Assembly (NCBI GenBank): GCA_963742245.1
Contig: CAVULG010000007.1
Location: 1,003,834 to 1,067,833 of the forward strand
From: an uncultured Acidobacteriota bacterium
Lineage (GTDB): Bacteria; Acidobacteriota; Thermoanaerobaculia; UBA5066; Gp7-AA6
DNA: 64,000 nt
Direction of reading: 5' to 3'
Below are positions 58,948-64,000 of this stretch, piece by piece; within the stretch, counting starts at the first letter, position 1; each line of letters opens with the position of its first letter. The notes under the pieces are model-generated. The model made no database searches. It saw only the letters and a program-made list of their open reading frames with translations, and was not told the DNA's origin. A program made the translations under genes and the position numbers.

Positions 58948-59037
58948 ATGGGATGGGAAGACGTTCTGGGGCTCGCCGTGAGCCTTTTCCTGCTCGGGTA
59001 TCTGCTCCGCGCGATGGTGCGGGCGGAGAAGGCCTGA
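58948..59037 (+). CDS. kdpF: K+-transporting ATPase subunit F
   Basis: It encodes a 29-aa single-TM peptide, MGWEDVLGLAVSLFLLGYLLRAMVRAEKA. It is preceded by GAGGAGGAGG and ends 4 nt before kdpA, which is the typical KdpF size and position. Confidence 0.6.
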   Translation: MGWEDVLGLAVSLFLLGYLLRAMVRAEKA

Positions 59038-59041
59038 CGCC

Positions 59042-60772
59042 ATGACCACGCTTGCGATCCTCGAGCTCCTGCTCTTCCTGGCGATCATCGCCGCGATCAC
59101 GCCGCTTCTGGGGCGCTACATGGCGAACGTCTTCTCGGGCCGCAGGACGCTCCTCGACCGCGTCCTCGGGCCCGTCGAGCGCGCGATCTACCGCCTCTGC
59201 CGCGTCGACGCCGCGAAGGACCAGACCTGGATCGAGTGGACCGTCACGATGCTCGCCGTCAACGCGGCCTCGCTCGTCGCCTCTACGCGATGCAGCGGCT
59301 CCAGAAGTGGCTGCCCTTCAACCCCAACGGCTTCGGGCCGGTCTCACCGGACTCCTCGTGGAACACCGCCGTCTCCTTCACCACCAACACCAACTGGCAG
59401 GGCTACTCCGGCGAATCGACGATGTCCCACCTCACGCAGATGGCGGGACTGGCCGTCCACAACTTCCTGTCCGCGGCAACGGGGATCGCGATCGCCGTGG
59501 CCGTGATCCGGGGCGTGGCGCGCGAGAAGGCGAGGGGAATCGGGAACTTCTGGTCCGACTGCACGCGCGCGATACTCTTCGTGCTCCTGCCCTTCTCGTT
59601 TCTCGCCGCCCTCTTCTTCGTCTCGCGGGGCGTGGTGCAGAATTTCCGGCCGGACGTCGTCGTCACGACGGTCGAGGGCGGCGCAGCAGAGGATCGCCCA
59701 GGGCCCCGTCGCCTCGCAGGAGGCGATCAAGGAGTTCGGCACCAACGGCGGCGGATTCTTCAACGCGAACTCGGCGCATCCGTACGAGAACCCGACGCCC
59801 GGGACCAACTTCGTGCAGATCGTCCTGATCTTCGCGATCGGCGGCCGGCCTGACGAACACGCTCGGACGGATGACCGGCTCGCCGCGCCACGGCTGGGCC
59901 GTCTTCGCGGCGATGGCGGTCCTGTTCGTGGCCGGGGCGCTCATCGCCGGCTACGCCGAGCAGAAGGGCAATCCCATCCACCAGGCGGCCGGTGTGGCCG
60001 CGGCGCCGACGGCCGGAGGCACGGGCGGCAACATGGAGGGCAAGGAGGTCCGATTCGGCATCGGCGACTCCGACCCTCTTCGCCACCGTGACCACGCTCG
60101 GCTCCTGCGGCGCGGTCAACTCGATGCACGACTCCTACACGCCGATCGGCGGCCTCATCCCGCTCGCCAACATCGCCTCCGGGGAAATCATCTTCGGCGG
60201 CGTGGGCGCGGGGCTCTACGGGATGTTCCTCTTCATCGTCCTGTCGGTCTTCATCGCCGGCCTCATGGTGGGGCGGACGCCCGAGTACCTCGGCAAGAAG
60301 ATCGAAGCCCACGAGGTGAAGCTCGCGATGCTCTCGGTCCTCGTCCTCACCTTCTGCATCCTCGGATTCACCGCCGCCGCGTCGGTGCTCCCCGCGGGCC
60401 TCGCCGGCCGCAACAACATGGGCCCGCACGGCTTCTCCGAGATCCTCTACGCCTACACCTCGGGCGCCGGGAACAACGGCTCGGCGTTCGCCGGTCTCTC
60501 CGCCAACACGCCCTTCTACAACACGACCCTCGGACGTCGACATGTTCTTCGGACGCTTCTTCATGCTGATTCCGATCCTCGGCATCGCCGGCTCGCTCGC
60601 GGGGAAGAAACGGGTGCCCGAGTCGGCCGGGACGTTCCCGGTGACGGGGCCGATCTTCACGATCCTGCTCGTCGGGGTCATCCTGATCGTCGGCGCGCTG
60701 ACGTTCTTTCCCGCCTTCGCCCTCGGACCGCTCGTCGAGCAGCTGCTGATGGCCGCGGGAACTCTCTTCTAG
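59042..60772 (+). pseudogene. kdpA: K+-transporting ATPase subunit A, reading frame broken about 5 times (true pseudogene or consensus artefact)
   Basis: KdpA-like sequence is collinear with E. coli KdpA but spread over ORFs 59042.., 59236.., 59052-frame, 59871.., 59992-frame and 60542... Conserved blocks include [55 protein letters not shown] and [12 protein letters not shown]. Confidence 0.85.
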
Positions 60773-60780
60773 AGGAGGAC

Positions 60781-62811
<2,031 letters not shown>

Positions 62812-62824
62812 GAGGAGACCGCAC

Positions 62825-63406
62825 ATGAAGCTCGCGATCCGATCGATTCTCTACGTCGTCGCCCTGACGGTGCTCTTCGGCGGCCTCTACCCTGCCGCCG
62901 TGACCGGCGTGGCCCAGCTCCTGTGGAAGGACGAGGCCAACGGCTCGCTCGTCCTGGTCGACGGACGCCCCGTGGGCTCCGCGCTCATCGGCCAGAGCTT
63001 CACGCAGGAGCGATACCTCCGGCCGCGGCCCTCCGCCGCGGGAAAGGACGGCTACGACGCCGCGGCCTCCTCGGGCCGGAACAAGGGCCCCACCGATGCG
63101 GGGCTGGCCAAGGCCATTGCGGAAGCCGTGGCGGCGGCGCGCGCGGATCGGCCGGGCGACACGCGACCCGTCCCGGCGGACCTCGTCACCGCTTCGGCTT
63201 CCGGGCTCGATCCGCACCTCTCCCCCGACGCCGCGCTCTGGCAGGCGGCGCGGATCGCCAGGGCGCGCGGCGTCCCCGAGGACCGGGTCGCCGCCGTTAT
63301 CCGCCGGCACGTCGAGCCGCGCACCCTCGGGTTGCTCGGCGAGCCCCGGGTCAACGTGCTGCTGACGAACCTCGACCTCGACAAAGCGCTTCCGGCCAGC
63401 CCCTAG
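62825..63406 (+). CDS. kdpC: K+-transporting ATPase subunit C
   Basis: It has an N-terminal TM helix followed by GSLV...G..VGS.LIGQ.F....F..RPSA...Y.....SG.N.GP...L, and ends SASGLDPHISP-like. This is a full KdpC pattern. Confidence 0.9.
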   Translation: MKLAIRSILYVVALTVLFGGLYPAAVTGVAQLLWKDEANGSLVLVDGRPVGSALIGQSFTQERYLRPRPSAAGKDGYDAAASSGRNKGPTDAGLAKAIAEAVAAARADRPGDTRPVPADLVTASASGLDPHLSPDAALWQAARIARARGVPEDRVAAVIRRHVEPRTLGLLGEPRVNVLLTNLDLDKALPASP

Positions 63407-63414
63407 AATTGACC

Positions 63415-64000
63415 ATGCCTCAGGAGGAAACGCGCCGCACCTCGCCGGACGTCTTCCTCCGGCTTCTCGAGAAGTCCCGCCGCGGCAAGCTCAAGATCTA
63501 CATCGGCCACGCGGCCGGCGTCGGGAAGACGTACCAGATGCTCGAGGACGCCCAGGCGCTCAAGAAGCAGGGCGTCGACGTCGTCGCCGGGCTCGTCGAG
63601 ACGCACGGGCGCGCCGAGACCGCCGAGCGCGCGGGCGGCCTCGAGACCGTGCCGCGGCGCACGCTCGTCTACAAGGGCAAGGAGCTTGCCGAGATGGACC
63701 TGCCGGCGATCCTCGTTCGCAAGCCCGAGGTCGCGCTCGTCGACGAGCTCGCGCATTCCAACGTCCCCGGCACGGAGAACTTGAAGCGCTACCAGGACGT
63801 CGAGGACCTGCTCGAGGCGGGTATCTCGGTCATGACGGCCGTGAACATCCAGCATTTCGAGTCGGTCCAGGACATCGTGTCGCGCGTGACCGGCGTCGAC
63901 GTCCAGGAGCGCGTGCCCGACCGCATCCTGCGGCAGGCCGACGCGATCGTGAACGTCGACCTCCCGTCCGAAGAGCTCCAGGAACGCCTGCGCGCCGGCA
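63415..64000 (+). CDS. kdpD: KdpD N-terminal sensor domain protein (3' end outside window)
   Basis: It begins MPQEETRRTSPDVFL..RGKLKIYIGHAAGVGKTYQMLEDA...VVAGLVETHGRAET..., the KdpD N-terminal P-loop domain. The frame is open to base 64000, so total length and domain content are unknown. Confidence 0.85.
   Translation, partial: MPQEETRRTSPDVFLRLLEKSRRGKLKIYIGHAAGVGKTYQMLEDAQALKKQGVDVVAGLVETHGRAETAERAGGLETVPRRTLVYKGKELAEMDLPAILVRKPEVALVDELAHSNVPGTENLKRYQDVEDLLEAGISVMTAVNIQHFESVQDIVSRVTGVDVQERVPDRILRQADAIVNVDLPSEELQERLRAG

Overview
By eye this is a GC-rich bacterial chromosomal window with G/C-dominated third codon positions. Because of that, most very long ORFs in the six-frame track are antisense or off-frame shadows. 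I saw no rRNA, CRISPR array, transposase or integrase, and there is one tRNA (Asn). I did not attempt taxon assignment, because no phylogenetic marker gene is present.

Layout:
- (a) 1-4.0 kb: a sigma-54 two-component module next to an unusual repeat-peptide gene and two HlyD/MFP-like genes.
- (b) 4.1-9.5 kb: an orphan DGQHR (DndB-like) protein, a LemA/M48 pair and a PLC-like secreted protein.
- (c) 9.5-23.5 kb: housekeeping and C2 metabolism. This covers S4, EAL, GT39, acs, an ABC importer, a RamB-like regulator, aceB-aceA and a solute-binding lipoprotein.
- (d) 23.6-54.3 kb: the most interesting part. It is a dense set of signal-peptide proteins that all end in the same cysteine-containing SLH-like repeat cassette. 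It includes a tandem array of five paralogs plus one remnant built from seven 'EFQVNTYTT...' modules. A ChlI/MoxR-like AAA+ ATPase and a VWA protein bracket an FG-GAP protein. A tRNA-Asn 3'-end duplication frames a radical-SAM gene.
- (e) 54.7-64 kb: queA and a kdp locus (HK, kdpE, porin-like, two mini-ORFs including kdpF, kdpA, kdpB, kdpC, kdpD N-terminus).

Three local clusters of 1-nt frameshifts occur at about 39.2-41.4 kb, 46.26-46.93 kb and 58.6-60.5 kb. They look like short homopolymer length errors, so they may be assembly artefacts rather than true pseudogenes.
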